IMG/VR virus record: IMGVR_UViG_3300050034_000187
Coordinates: 103,866 to 167,865 of that record
Reading direction: 5' to 3' (one strand)
DNA length: 64,000 bases
Source: a virus
The translations under genes were made by a program, and so were the position numbers. Within the stretch, counting starts at the first letter, position 1. Every line of letters begins with the position of its first letter. Positions 27,378 through 37,267 of the stretch are shown in pieces. A model generated the notes under the pieces. It was not told where the DNA came from, ran no database searches, and worked only from the letters and a program-made list of their open reading frames with translations.

Positions 27378-29358
27378 AACGTTGAATAGCGAGTTGAAGA
27401 ATTACCAGCATGCCTATTATGCTGGTAATCCCCTTGTTTCCGATGCAGAATATGATCAAAAAGAACAGCAACTTATTTCTTTGATCAAAAGCAATCCCCA
27501 ATATTCTAATATTGCCACGGTTCTATATACTGTTGGAACTAAGGATAGCTCTGGCCGAATTCCGCATACCCGTCCAATGAAGTCTATCGAAAATCATTAT
27601 ACCAAAGAGTCTGCGGTTGATGAAGCTCGGACATATGGCAAAATTGTTTTGGTTGAGCAAAAGCGAGATGGTATATCCAACGAAATTACCTACGTTGACG
27701 GGGATCTTATTCAATCTGTCACGCGAGGAGATGGCGCAGCAGGAGAAGATCAAACTCTCCAAACAAAGGCTTGCAAATTGATTCCGCAACATATCAATTC
27801 TCCCGTACACATTTTAAAAGTGCGCGGAGAAATGGTGATGCGCAAGGATGAATTGGAACGTATCAATGCTTTGCAAGAAGCCAAGGGCCTTCCTGCATAT
27901 GCCAATACTCGCAATCTGGTTGCTGGTACATTGAAAAATAAAGATACTAGGATTATATCTGAACGAAACATTTTTTTGATGCCGTGGGATGTATACTCTC
28001 CTAATGAAGATGATACTTTGCCAGATAGCGCATATGAAAGAATGCTTCTTTTGGAATCGCTCGGTTTTCCAAAGTATCAGGGATTCATTGCACACAATAT
28101 CAATGAGATTGAACCATTGATTGATAGGGTTCTGAAGTTCAATGAGACTGATTCCATCCAGAATGATGGCGTTGTAATTAAGACTGATTCTCATAAGCTT
28201 CGTAATGTACTTGGTGTAAAAACGAAATTTACAAACTTTCAGTGCTGCTATAAAAATCAGCACATTAGTGCAGAAACCACCATTCTTGGCATTGAATGGG
28301 GGGTTGGTCGGCAAGGAAAAGTTACGCCGGTATTATTGATTGATCCTATTGATTTGGGTGGAGCAATCACTTCTCGGGCAACCGGAAACAACGTTACTTG
28401 GATGAATGCTCTTGGTATTCAAAATGGATCGGTGGTAAGCGTGTGCCGCAGTGGAGAAGTAATTCCGATGGTGACCGAAGTTATCGATAATTCGCATGCT
28501 ACTCCCTTTGATATTCCAGAAGTATGCCCTGCCTGTGGAAATAAACTGGAAGTGAATTGCGATAATGGAATTACAATTCTATTCTGCCGCAATTCTTTAT
28601 GTGAAGGAAAAGCAGCAGAAACATTTTATTACATTGCAGATCGTGCTACTCTGGAAATTGATAATCTTGGAATTGAAATGGCAAAAGAATTGATCGAACA
28701 TCATATTACTAGTTTAAGTGATCTATTTGAGTTTGCGAATGTATCAATTAATGCTCCAGCAACTTATTTTAAGAACACCTTGCAGTTTCGTTCAGGGGCG
28801 AATGTAGTAAAAATGGTCAAGTCTATTCAAGATGCAAAGACTAGAGATTGGGATAAGTGGTTTGCTGCATTTGGTATTCCAATGGTTGGTCATACTCTTG
28901 GAAAAGTGATTGCTACAAAGTTGAATCTGCAAAGTGAGGATATGCAAGATCTTTGTGAGAAGATTCTAACTATTCAAGATGGGCAGATTGATGGTCTTGG
29001 AGTAGTTAAATTGCAATCATTGCGTACTTGGGCGAATGATGAAAAGAATGTTGCACTTTGCATTGCTCTTTATCATGATGGCGTGCGCCCACAACCATTA
29101 ACTAACAAGGAGAAAACTATGGATGGAAAATTGAATGATATTACGTTTTGTATTACCGGAACATTCAAGGAAACCTTTGGTTCTAGAACCGTTATTACTG
29201 GGCAGCTAGAGGCCCTTGGCGCGAAGTCTGTTTCTTCGGTGACCAAAGCTTGCAACCTATTGATCGCCGGAGACAAGGTGGGCTCAAAACTTTCAAAAGC
29301 TGAGAAGCTTGGAATCAAGATTGTGGGTGAAGAATGGCTGAGTTCGGCGCTGGACTAG
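27361..29358 (+). CDS. ligA: NAD-dependent DNA ligase
   Basis: SDAEYD, EQKRDG, VTRGDG, VRGE, NTRN, DGVVIK, Zn finger and BRCT GSKLSKA. Confidence 0.95.
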   Translation: MKELIETLNSELKNYQHAYYAGNPLVSDAEYDQKEQQLISLIKSNPQYSNIATVLYTVGTKDSSGRIPHTRPMKSIENHYTKESAVDEARTYGKIVLVEQKRDGISNEITYVDGDLIQSVTRGDGAAGEDQTLQTKACKLIPQHINSPVHILKVRGEMVMRKDELERINALQEAKGLPAYANTRNLVAGTLKNKDTRIISERNIFLMPWDVYSPNEDDTLPDSAYERMLLLESLGFPKYQGFIAHNINEIEPLIDRVLKFNETDSIQNDGVVIKTDSHKLRNVLGVKTKFTNFQCCYKNQHISAETTILGIEWGVGRQGKVTPVLLIDPIDLGGAITSRATGNNVTWMNALGIQNGSVVSVCRSGEVIPMVTEVIDNSHATPFDIPEVCPACGNKLEVNCDNGITILFCRNSLCEGKAAETFYYIADRATLEIDNLGIEMAKELIEHHITSLSDLFEFANVSINAPATYFKNTLQFRSGANVVKMVKSIQDAKTRDWDKWFAAFGIPMVGHTLGKVIATKLNLQSEDMQDLCEKILTIQDGQIDGLGVVKLQSLRTWANDEKNVALCIALYHDGVRPQPLTNKEKTMDGKLNDITFCITGTFKETFGSRTVITGQLEALGAKSVSSVTKACNLLIAGDKVGSKLSKAEKLGIKIVGEEWLSSALD

Positions 29359-29621
29359 GAATTGATGATGTTAATGGGGTTCCATTGAAAATTGGAACCC
29401 CAATTAAATTTGAAATAGAAGACGTGGGCTGCTATTATGGGTACATTAAATCTTTGATTTATGAGGCTGAGGGCCATCATGTTTTTGATATGGATAGTAG
29501 CGCAGGTTCTAACGGAAGATTTTACAAGTCCATTAATATTTCGTGGCACGATTGGGTTCGTGCGTATCAGTTAACTGTTATTTCAGAGGAAGAATATGTG
29601 CAGGGAATAATGGAGAGTTAA
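29334..29621 (+). CDS. ME-tail family small protein (array B)
   Basis: DVNGVPLKIG; ISEEEYVQGIMES. Confidence 0.75.
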   Translation: MAEFGAGLGIDDVNGVPLKIGTPIKFEIEDVGCYYGYIKSLIYEAEGHHVFDMDSSAGSNGRFYKSINISWHDWVRAYQLTVISEEEYVQGIMES

Positions 29622-29622
29622 T

Positions 29623-29898
29623 GTGAAAATTGAATTAGGTATTAGTGATGTTAGGGGGGTTCCATTAAAAATAGGAACCCCAATTAAATTTGGAATGGAA
29701 TCTGAATGTTATGGACACATTAAATCGCTGATTTATAAATATGATTCGGTATATCATGTTTTTGATATGGATAGTAGTGTATGCCCAGATGGAAAATTTT
29801 ACAAGAATGTTGCTAGTTCGTGGGCCGAGCACGTTAGTTTGTATCAGTTAACTGCAATTTCAGAGGAAGAATATGTACAGGGAATAATGGAGAGTTAA
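29623..29898 (+). CDS. ME-tail family small protein (array B)
   Basis: Close paralog of the previous gene; ISEEEYVQGIMES. Confidence 0.8.
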   Translation: MKIELGISDVRGVPLKIGTPIKFGMESECYGHIKSLIYKYDSVYHVFDMDSSVCPDGKFYKNVASSWAEHVSLYQLTAISEEEYVQGIMES

Positions 29899-29899
29899 T

Positions 29900-30163
29900 A
29901 TGTTTAAATTTACAGATATGCATGAAAATGAATTACATAATGGAGATTACATTGCATTTGGAAAATTTCCTAAATTATATAGAAAAATAGATCATTTTGA
30001 GCAATCCGCAGATTTCGCATATATGTATGATGATAATACTAATATTTTGTGGTCCATTTCTCTGCTGCGCGTGGCAGATGACTGGATGATGACGTGCGCT
30101 CGTGCAAGTAATCTAGAAAAGGTTTCGGAAGAGGAATATTTGCAATGGATAATGGAGCAATAA
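29900..30163 (+). CDS. ME-tail family small protein (array B)
   Basis: DMHENELHNGD; VSEEEYLQWIMEQ. Confidence 0.8.
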   Translation: MFKFTDMHENELHNGDYIAFGKFPKLYRKIDHFEQSADFAYMYDDNTNILWSISLLRVADDWMMTCARASNLEKVSEEEYLQWIMEQ

Positions 30164-30164
30164 A

Positions 30165-30463
30165 ATGAATGATGAATTGGGAATTAATGATGTTAATGGT
30201 GTTCCATCATATATTAAATGGCAATTTTCAGATTGGAAAAAAGAAAAAATATAGAATATTGTTGGGGAATAATTACTTCGTTGATCGGTGAATGTGAATT
30301 TGCTGGCATAGAAAAATATCACTTCTTTTCAATAAGCAATTCAAATTTATCGATAATCAGGTTTTCTAAGCCAATTCTTCTTTCATGGGATCTCTGTATA
30401 TCGACATGTAGGATGACTGTTATTTCGAAAGAAGAATTTTGGCAACTTGTAATGGAGAACTAG
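30165..30463 (+). pseudogene. Frameshifted ME-tail family gene (array B)
   Basis: MNDELGINDVNGVP start is in a different frame from the ISKEEFWQLVMEN tail. Confidence 0.6.
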
Positions 30464-30719
30464 AATATTGTTGACAGTCTAATTTATCTTTGATACTATT
30501 GAATAGTCAATGAAAGAGGATTCCATGAAGCTCACACAAACTCAAATGAAGATCATGAACAACATCGAGTATTTTGGATTCTACATCGTTAAAGGGAAAG
30601 TTGAATGATGCATTGCAGCACGCCATTATTCGAAATGACAAACAACTGATTGCTGAAATCCGCGCGAAGATTTTAAAGCGCGATGAAAATAGCAATCAAT
30701 AATTGATGGGAGAATTAGT

Positions 30720-30911
30720 ATGTCAAAAGATAAAAATGTATTTGTAATTAATTTTAATGACCCACGCATTCCAGAGGAAATTCATGCTGATTTTGTGGCG
30801 GTAATAGAGAGATTTGTTCATTTTGTGCAAGGAACTTCCGAGGATAATATGGTGGTTGGGCTTTATCCGATTGCGGATATTAAGTCGGTTTACCGCAAGG
30901 ATGTAAAGTAA
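30720..30911 (+). CDS. Hypothetical protein
   Basis: GGGAG RBS. Confidence 0.5.
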   Translation: MSKDKNVFVINFNDPRIPEEIHADFVAVIERFVHFVQGTSEDNMVVGLYPIADIKSVYRKDVK

Positions 30912-31140
30912 TATGGGATGTGCGGAGAGGGAAGCAGATCGGTTTGAAGAGGAGGAAGAATATCTTGCTTCTTTGGAAACTCGATGGGAAAATGATCAAC
31001 TTAAAATTAAATATTTAACGCAGAAAAATAAATAACTGCAAGATAAGGTTGATCATTTGAAAACGGTTTGTGCAATTAAAAATTGATCCTCTTCGCCATA
31101 CCGGAAAAGATAATCCAATTATTGATGAATTACCAGAGGT

Positions 31141-31371
31141 ATGACTATGAAATTTAATTATGATGGCATTGAACTTGATAGATGGTCAAAAGGAATAGAT
31201 CATGATCGCCGATCAGAAAAGATTGGAAGAGCGCTTGGCACCATTGATTATGAAATATTTGATGATTCTATGGATTTGAAGTTTGGTGGTGCCGGGGATA
31301 ATGGAGAAACTCTGATGTATGCTCTTGATATCTATTTTGATCTTTTAGATCGGGGGAAGATAAAAGAATGA
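31141..31371 (+). CDS. Hypothetical phage protein
   Basis: KFGGAGDNGETLMY motif; GAGG RBS. Confidence 0.6.
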   Translation: MTMKFNYDGIELDRWSKGIDHDRRSEKIGRALGTIDYEIFDDSMDLKFGGAGDNGETLMYALDIYFDLLDRGKIKE

Positions 31372-31634
31372 AAAAATTAATTGAATGGTTTAAATTTCAA
31401 TATGCAAAATGCGTCCTTAAATCAAATAATATTTGTCTTGAACATCTTCTTCCAGAGACGTGGGAAAATAATCCGGTTTCTAATACATGGGAGCCATATA
31501 TTAGAATTTGCCCAGAATGTTTAAAGAAAATTCAAGCAGAAGACAAAGAAAGATGGAAGAAACGTTTTGCTACGTTAAATGAGGAAGAAAAAGAATTAAA
31601 TAAAGCAATTTTATATATTAAGAACAGAAAATAG
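31368..31634 (+). CDS. Hypothetical zinc-binding protein
   Basis: CLEH ... CPEC. Confidence 0.55.
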   Translation: MKKLIEWFKFQYAKCVLKSNNICLEHLLPETWENNPVSNTWEPYIRICPECLKKIQAEDKERWKKRFATLNEEEKELNKAILYIKNRK

Positions 31635-31692
31635 TTCTTGCATTTTGAACATTAATTTGCTATATTATATTTGTTGTTAAGAAAGAGAACAC

Positions 31693-32220
31693 ATGACGTA
31701 TACCAAGATTTTTGTAACCATGGCATTGCTTGTTAGTAGCTATGTTTCCGCCCAGAATGTTGTTGCAACCGCCATCAAGGAAAATGTTCATGCCAATGGC
31801 TATATTGAATTTTCATTGGCTCCCCCACATAACGAAATTGATCCGGGCATTTGCGGATTGCGTAATACCGATACATATTGTTCAGCTTTTGCTCGATATA
31901 TGTTAGGTGAGAATATTTCCATTCAACCATTTGCAAATGTTCCATATGCCAGCCATCTTCGAACACATTTTAACACCAATTTGCTTCTGGGGAAGACTAT
32001 TCCTCAATATCAATATACATGGTCACCAAAGGCCATTGGGATTGAACGTTCTGCTTCCGTTGGTATTATGTTTTCTCACAATATTGAATTGGTTGGAACT
32101 CAGCATTATCTCTTCGATATTATGAATTCTGATTATAAGAAGAGCGATGTTTACAAGGGAAATAACGGTCCTTGGGGGCGCTATAACACGGTTTCGGTGC
32201 GAAAGTATATCAACTTTTAA
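31693..32220 (+). CDS. Secreted or outer-membrane-like protein
   Basis: Signal peptide ending VSA-Q; amphipathic beta strands; C-terminal Phe. Confidence 0.55.
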   Translation: MTYTKIFVTMALLVSSYVSAQNVVATAIKENVHANGYIEFSLAPPHNEIDPGICGLRNTDTYCSAFARYMLGENISIQPFANVPYASHLRTHFNTNLLLGKTIPQYQYTWSPKAIGIERSASVGIMFSHNIELVGTQHYLFDIMNSDYKKSDVYKGNNGPWGRYNTVSVRKYINF

Positions 32221-32231
32221 TAAATACTTTC

Positions 32232-32891
32232 ATGAGACTTCATGAATTTTCCAATATATCATTAGAAGAAGGTTTTCTTAAAAATGGAATATTATCGGCT
32301 GCTCTTGCTGCATCCACAGTTGGAGCGGCCTATAATATTCATAAAACAACTCCGCAAGATGCTCAGCTTACTTCTCTTGGGCAGAGTATGATTAAAGATA
32401 TGCCTTCTGTCTTACAGCACAAATTGGGAAATGTAAATGATATAAAATTCGTTTCTGGTATTCCAGATGGCGGAGATCCAAATGCGATTGCCCAAGTAGA
32501 ACAAGGTTCTAAAATAGTATATATAAATCCAAAATATATTAATCAATTTAAAAATGGTGATGCCGATCAAATTGTTCAGCATGAATTAACTCATATCGCT
32601 CAGCAAAATAATATAAAATATAAAAATAGTGATAATCCGCATGATTATGAAGGAATGGATAATTTAAATATATGGCCGTCTCTACAAAAGATGAGAAATT
32701 CCGGCGACACCATGAAAAATCATACCAGAGAAGCTCAGGCAATGATTGTTCAACAGCGGGTTGCGCAAGTTCATATGTTAAATAATTTAATCAATTCCAA
32801 TAAAAAAGATAATTATACATTAAATGCCATAAAATTATGTAAATCTCATATTTCTTTAGCTGACGAATATATTTCTGATTTTAATAATTGA
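32232..32891 (+). CDS. Late protein with a zincin motif, putative internal virion protein
   Basis: QHELTH (HExxH); MRLHEF...LEEG N-terminus; TAAATA-N5-ATG. Confidence 0.6.
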   Translation: MRLHEFSNISLEEGFLKNGILSAALAASTVGAAYNIHKTTPQDAQLTSLGQSMIKDMPSVLQHKLGNVNDIKFVSGIPDGGDPNAIAQVEQGSKIVYINPKYINQFKNGDADQIVQHELTHIAQQNNIKYKNSDNPHDYEGMDNLNIWPSLQKMRNSGDTMKNHTREAQAMIVQQRVAQVHMLNNLINSNKKDNYTLNAIKLCKSHISLADEYISDFNN

Positions 32892-32921
32892 CATATTTTG
32901 AAAGGATGATATAATATATCT

Positions 32922-33548
32922 ATGTTTGATTCAGCAAAATACGAAGCCAGTCTAAAGGCAATGCCAGATTTGATGGAATTGGATTTTGATTTGGATAAAA
33001 CCGAATACTGCACCTTGGATGAAGCCAGAGATTGGTGCAAAGAAAATGGAATTAATAGTCAGTCAAAATATCGAGAAGTGGTAACTGGTGGAGTATATAA
33101 TTCCGATGGAAAGAAATTACCAAGCGCTCCAAGTAGGTATTATAAAATTTTATGGAGTAAATTTTTTGGAAAAGAAGAACGGTATACTGGAGACTATACT
33201 TCTTTAGAAGAATGTAAAAATTGGTGCAAGGAAAATGAAATTAATACCAGAGAAAAATACCGAGAAGTGGTAAATGGTGGAGTATATAATTCGGATGGAA
33301 AGAAACTACCCGGAGGTCCAAATAAGAAATATAAAATTTCATGGAATGAATTTTTTGAGAAATCTGAATATTGTTCTTTGGATGAAGCAAGGGATTGGTG
33401 CAAACTAAATGTAATTAACTCGGTGGACAAATACGATAAAGCAGTAAATGGCGGTGTGTATAATTCCAATGGTAAGAAATTACCGAGTCATCCATATCAA
33501 AAATATAAAAATACTGGTTGGGTTTCGTGGCCAGATTTATGGAAATAA
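32922..33548 (+). CDS. Protein of three integrase-repeat-like units
   Basis: 3 x YCxLDEARDWC..I.S..KY...KLPSxP..YK..W. Confidence 0.75.
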   Translation: MFDSAKYEASLKAMPDLMELDFDLDKTEYCTLDEARDWCKENGINSQSKYREVVTGGVYNSDGKKLPSAPSRYYKILWSKFFGKEERYTGDYTSLEECKNWCKENEINTREKYREVVNGGVYNSDGKKLPGGPNKKYKISWNEFFEKSEYCSLDEARDWCKLNVINSVDKYDKAVNGGVYNSNGKKLPSHPYQKYKNTGWVSWPDLWK

Positions 33549-33678
33549 TTATTGCCTTGTTCCACAAGACTGCGGCAAGTTTCGGCAGATGTTGATGACT
33601 ATTTTGAAAAACATCACAATAAAATTACTTCATTCAAGCAAACTATGGTATAATTTAACATAGTGAGAAAGGAAACCA

Positions 33679-34473
33679 ATGTTTATCGAATCTATTAAGC
33701 GAGAATTTTCAAATGGCGTAGTTTATGCAATGAAAACCGAGGATGGCTATCCTATTGAAACAACGGATACTTTCCTGCCGTATTATACCAAATTTGCAAT
33801 TAATGAGCATACCAATAAGTTGAAGTCCGATGATGTTGGATCACGCAAAGAGCGTTGGATGATTGGTGTTAGTTGCATGTCATCGTGCCCCGTTCACTGC
33901 CGTTTTTGCGCCACTGGCCAGTTGAAGCGTACTCGAAAGCTTTCTGCTCAGGAAATTGTTGATCAAGTTAAGTTCATTCTTGTGAAGAATCATGATTTAA
34001 CTCCAAGTGATTCTAAGGAATTTAAAATCAATTATACTAGGTGCGGCGAACCATTCCTAAACATTGAAGCTGTGAAGGAAGCTATTCGCAGCATTGATGC
34101 AATGCTTCCGGGGGTACGCGTGCATCATTATATTTCTACTATTGGTTTAAGGGGAATGGATACCTCATGGATTAAGGATAATATCACTCTTCAGCTATCT
34201 CTACATAGCACCGATGAAATCCGGCGGAATGATCTTATTCCAGTATCCAATTTAATGAGTATTGAAGAGTTGGGAAAAGTTCGCACGGAAAGCGAATTGA
34301 AGACCACTATTAATATGACTCTGGTCGATACAGCGGACTTTAATATTGATGTGATCAAAAAGAATTTTGACCCGGATTACTTTTTTATAAAAATTTCTCC
34401 AATTAACGTTAACTCGGTGAGTGAAGCAAATCATATGGGGGCTGGAATTATCAAGGCAGTTAATTTGATTTAA
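33679..34473 (+). CDS. RlmN/Cfr-like radical SAM enzyme lacking the C-terminal AACGQL segment
   Basis: IET, CPVHCRFCATG, LSAQEIVDQV, GEPFLN, ISTIG and LSLHS..RNDLIP. Confidence 0.85.
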   Translation: MFIESIKREFSNGVVYAMKTEDGYPIETTDTFLPYYTKFAINEHTNKLKSDDVGSRKERWMIGVSCMSSCPVHCRFCATGQLKRTRKLSAQEIVDQVKFILVKNHDLTPSDSKEFKINYTRCGEPFLNIEAVKEAIRSIDAMLPGVRVHHYISTIGLRGMDTSWIKDNITLQLSLHSTDEIRRNDLIPVSNLMSIEELGKVRTESELKTTINMTLVDTADFNIDVIKKNFDPDYFFIKISPINVNSVSEANHMGAGIIKAVNLI

Positions 34474-34485
34474 GAAAGGGAACTG

Positions 34486-34686
34486 ATGAAATATTGGCAG
34501 AAGATGACTTTGTATATTGTAATGATGGTTGGTGGACTGCTGGGTGGTGCAATTTTGCAGGACAACGAACACTCATCATTTTTTGAACATAATAAGAATC
34601 TTAATGATGTATTGATTTCATTGTGCGGTTTCAGCACCGTGATTGGAATTATATTGGGCATCGAAACAATTAAGGAAACAGATTAA
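34486..34686 (+). CDS. Small membrane protein
   Basis: Two hydrophobic helices; paralog of 34889-35083. Confidence 0.6.
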   Translation: MKYWQKMTLYIVMMVGGLLGGAILQDNEHSSFFEHNKNLNDVLISLCGFSTVIGIILGIETIKETD

Positions 34687-34888
34687 TCATTGAAATTTAA
34701 ATAACGCATTGACCAATTATGACCATTCAAAGAATAAGATCCTTGCTATAATTATAATCATTGAAGGTTGATTATTAATATATAGAAGGGAGGTTGCCTG
34801 ATATCGACGTATGGCTGGCTTAATATAAATTACTTGTTAAGCAGATTTTATTGGATACCGCATAAAAGTTTCACGCGGAGGAAAATAT

Positions 34889-35083
34889 ATGAGAGTTTGG
34901 CAAAAAATTGTTCTTTGCATTATAATAGCAGGTGGAGTTTTTGGTGGAGCTAGATTAGAAGATCGGGATCACAATCCACTGTATGAATATTATAATAATG
35001 TTCATGATAAACTAGAAAGAGTATCTATTGTTCTTTCTGTTTCTGGTACAAAACGATTTCGGAACTATCAGTTTAAAAAATAA
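34889..35083 (+). CDS. Small membrane protein
   Basis: WQK....GG..GGA.L pattern shared with 34486. Confidence 0.55.
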   Translation: MRVWQKIVLCIIIAGGVFGGARLEDRDHNPLYEYYNNVHDKLERVSIVLSVSGTKRFRNYQFKK

Positions 35084-35087
35084 ATCC

Positions 35088-35116
35088 TTGCATTTTTAAT
35101 TAATTCAATGTAGTAT
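35088..35116 (+). promoter_or_regulatory. sigma70 promoter of the AACGQL peptide gene
   Basis: TTGCAT-N17-TAGTAT. Confidence 0.6.
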
Positions 35117-35138
35117 TAACCAATAAGGAGAACAAACA

Positions 35139-35279
35139 ATGGAAAGTGTAATTGAGAAGTTGAAGGATGCTGGTTATGATTATGCTGTTGCAATTTCAAC
35201 AGAAAGCGAACAAAAGGCGAATGCCGCGTGCGGCCAGCTAAGTCTTGTTGTTGAACTAGATACGCAGGAGAATAGCTAA
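35139..35279 (+). CDS. 46-aa peptide matching the RlmN/Cfr C-terminal catalytic segment (absent from the ORF track)
   Basis: MESVIEKLKDAGYDYAVAISTESEQKANAACGQLSLVVELDTQENS; own promoter, AAGGAG RBS and downstream hairpin. Confidence 0.85.
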   Translation: MESVIEKLKDAGYDYAVAISTESEQKANAACGQLSLVVELDTQENS

Positions 35280-35295
35280 TATTTGGCTGTTATTT

Positions 35296-35337
35296 AAAAT
35301 TCCTCTATTATATTAATCTATGGTAGAGGAATTTTTA
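35296..35337 (+). terminator. Hairpin after the peptide gene
   Basis: AAAATTCCTCTA ... TAGAGGAATTTT inverted repeat. Confidence 0.55.
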
Positions 35338-35393
35338 TATTGACAAATCAGTTGATATTTGATATTATTAGTATGTTGATAAGGAGATTAATT

Positions 35394-35579
35394 ATGAATT
35401 ACAAAAATCTGATTGAAACGAATATTTCACTGCGGACTCAGCTTAAATATAAATTGGACATTGAGCCGGACTACCAGTTGGCAGAAGAGATTGAGAAGGC
35501 GCTGCTCGCGACCCTTCCCACCGACGTTGAACTTGCCAAGGATGAGAACCAACAGTTGGCCGTATTGCTTCTTCGGTAA
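35394..35579 (+). CDS. Hypothetical protein
   Basis: TTGACA promoter at 35341; AAGGAG RBS. Confidence 0.6.
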   Translation: MNYKNLIETNISLRTQLKYKLDIEPDYQLAEEIEKALLATLPTDVELAKDENQQLAVLLLR

Positions 35580-35723
35580 ATTGATGTTTCTTTATAAGGA
35601 GATTAATTATGAAAGGTTTTCGAGGAGTCATTTTTGGAATTGCACTATCCTTGCCAGTTTGGATTGGTGCCATAATTCTCATTCGCTGGCTTAGCTTGCG
35701 ATAACCAATTGAGGAGGAATATT

Positions 35724-36080
35724 ATGTGGTTTTTTAATAAGAAAGCAACTCCCATTATTGAAAAGATTGTTCCATCACCACCAGAAATGCAAATCTATCT
35801 AAGTAGTGTCGAGTATAGGATTGGTCATTTGTGTGACAATTGCTCCCATCTTGAATTCTTTCCAAAAGGGATTGTAAGTGAACAGTTGTGTAATCTTTGC
35901 GGTTCTATTGCCAACGCAACGGTGATCCGAGTACTCCATTATCAAATCGAAAATTTTGATAATGAATGCCTGAACTTCTTAAAAGATAAAGATTTTATTG
36001 TTGGCCGGAGTGATAGAACTGGCGGAAGATACATGACGAAATATTTTCGCACCGATAAACCGATACCAAAGAAGGGATAA
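35724..36080 (+). CDS. Hypothetical zinc-ribbon protein
   Basis: CDNC ... CNLC; GAGGAGG RBS. Confidence 0.6.
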   Translation: MWFFNKKATPIIEKIVPSPPEMQIYLSSVEYRIGHLCDNCSHLEFFPKGIVSEQLCNLCGSIANATVIRVLHYQIENFDNECLNFLKDKDFIVGRSDRTGGRYMTKYFRTDKPIPKKG

Positions 36081-36356
36081 TATGAAGATTAAAATTGATC
36101 CGCATTATACTGGATGTGAAAGTGGTTATGTTAATGTTAGCATTACCGATGATTTTGGTAAGATTGTAACTCACAAAATTGATCTTATTTCAGTATGTAA
36201 TGCTATGGGAGGCGCAGTACATGGCATGAAGCTGCTTGCAGAAGCAGTCAATAAAGAGAACTAAACTAAGAAATATGCGATATCGCACACATTGCCCATG
36301 GATTATTAATTCATTTATTCCAGCGGTTCCAACAAATTAATTTAAGGAGATTAGTC

Positions 36357-36608
36357 ATGGGAGAATTTAAAAAACTGGAACAGGTGATTCCTAATAACAC
36401 CGAATTTGATGGTTTCAAAGGCATGGCTCCCGGAAATGACGATGGATATGGAAATAGTTATGTGAAATATTCGGATGCAATCGCAAGAGAGAACCTGCTC
36501 TTGGATGCTATAGAACGTGCCATTCTTGTTCTTGACAATCTTCCGGGTATTTCCATTGATACCATCGGCCTGAAATATGTACATGAAAATATCAAAAATA
36601 CGCAATAA
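36357..36608 (+). CDS. Hypothetical protein
   Basis: AAGGAG RBS. Confidence 0.55.
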   Translation: MGEFKKLEQVIPNNTEFDGFKGMAPGNDDGYGNSYVKYSDAIARENLLLDAIERAILVLDNLPGISIDTIGLKYVHENIKNTQ

Positions 36609-36646
36609 TAATTGACAATTGAGTTCAATCTTGCTATTATTAATAC

Positions 36647-37195
36647 ATGGAAAACAAGATTGAACTCGCCATATCCCCCCTCAAGAATGATGCAGTCAAA
36701 TCTGCCTTGGCTATTGCGCATGATGATATTGAATCCGTTAAGAAAAATCTTGAAGCATCTGGGTGGGATCGCGAAAAAGTTGCCTCTTATCCGGCGTCCA
36801 ATTGGGCAACTCCTTGCAAAGATTATCAAATGAAGGTTGAAATGTACAAATTTGTTTGCTCAATTACCGCCGGAGATGATAGCAAAAATTCTGGGTCGAG
36901 GAAGCTGAATGATCCATATTTTGTTGTGATGAGCAATGCCGGGATTGATAATTATTTGGAGATGGTTGCAAGAGATGCCGGTTCTCGGTATGTTTCCTTC
37001 GTTGCAAAGATGGTGAAGAAAATTGGGGATGTGGCGGATGCTTCTTTGGAAGGCAACCATGTTTGGGGAAATAGCATTCTTACTATTACTCGCGAAGACG
37101 GTTCAAGGGAGCGGTGGTTCACTCAGCAGATCATCAATGTTTCTAAATGGGGTCGGCTGTTTAATCAATGGCCTTCGAGAAAGATGAAAGGATAA
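36647..37195 (+). CDS. Hypothetical phage protein, leaderless
   Basis: TTGACA-N17-TATTAT-N6-ATG; QQIINVSKWGRLFNQWP tail. Confidence 0.7.
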   Translation: MENKIELAISPLKNDAVKSALAIAHDDIESVKKNLEASGWDREKVASYPASNWATPCKDYQMKVEMYKFVCSITAGDDSKNSGSRKLNDPYFVVMSNAGIDNYLEMVARDAGSRYVSFVAKMVKKIGDVADASLEGNHVWGNSILTITREDGSRERWFTQQIINVSKWGRLFNQWPSRKMKG

Positions 37196-37209
37196 TATAA
37201 AGTAATTTT

Positions 37210-37241
37210 GAAATGCTCCCATGGGATTTTGGGAGCATTTC
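37210..37241 (+). terminator. Hairpin/terminator
   Basis: GAAATGCTCCCA-N8-TGGGAGCATTTC. Confidence 0.6.
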
Positions 37242-37267
37242 TATGAGAAAGGTGATATAATATATCT

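Noticed and set aside
30479-30487. Self-target of spacer 2 (CTAATTTAT) inside a promoter
   Set aside because: Only 9 AT-rich nt match and there is no TTN PAM; expected by chance
33448-33663. ORF containing DCGK as a possible radical-SAM tail
   Set aside because: Off-frame overlap with no AACGQL; the true motif is at 35139-35279
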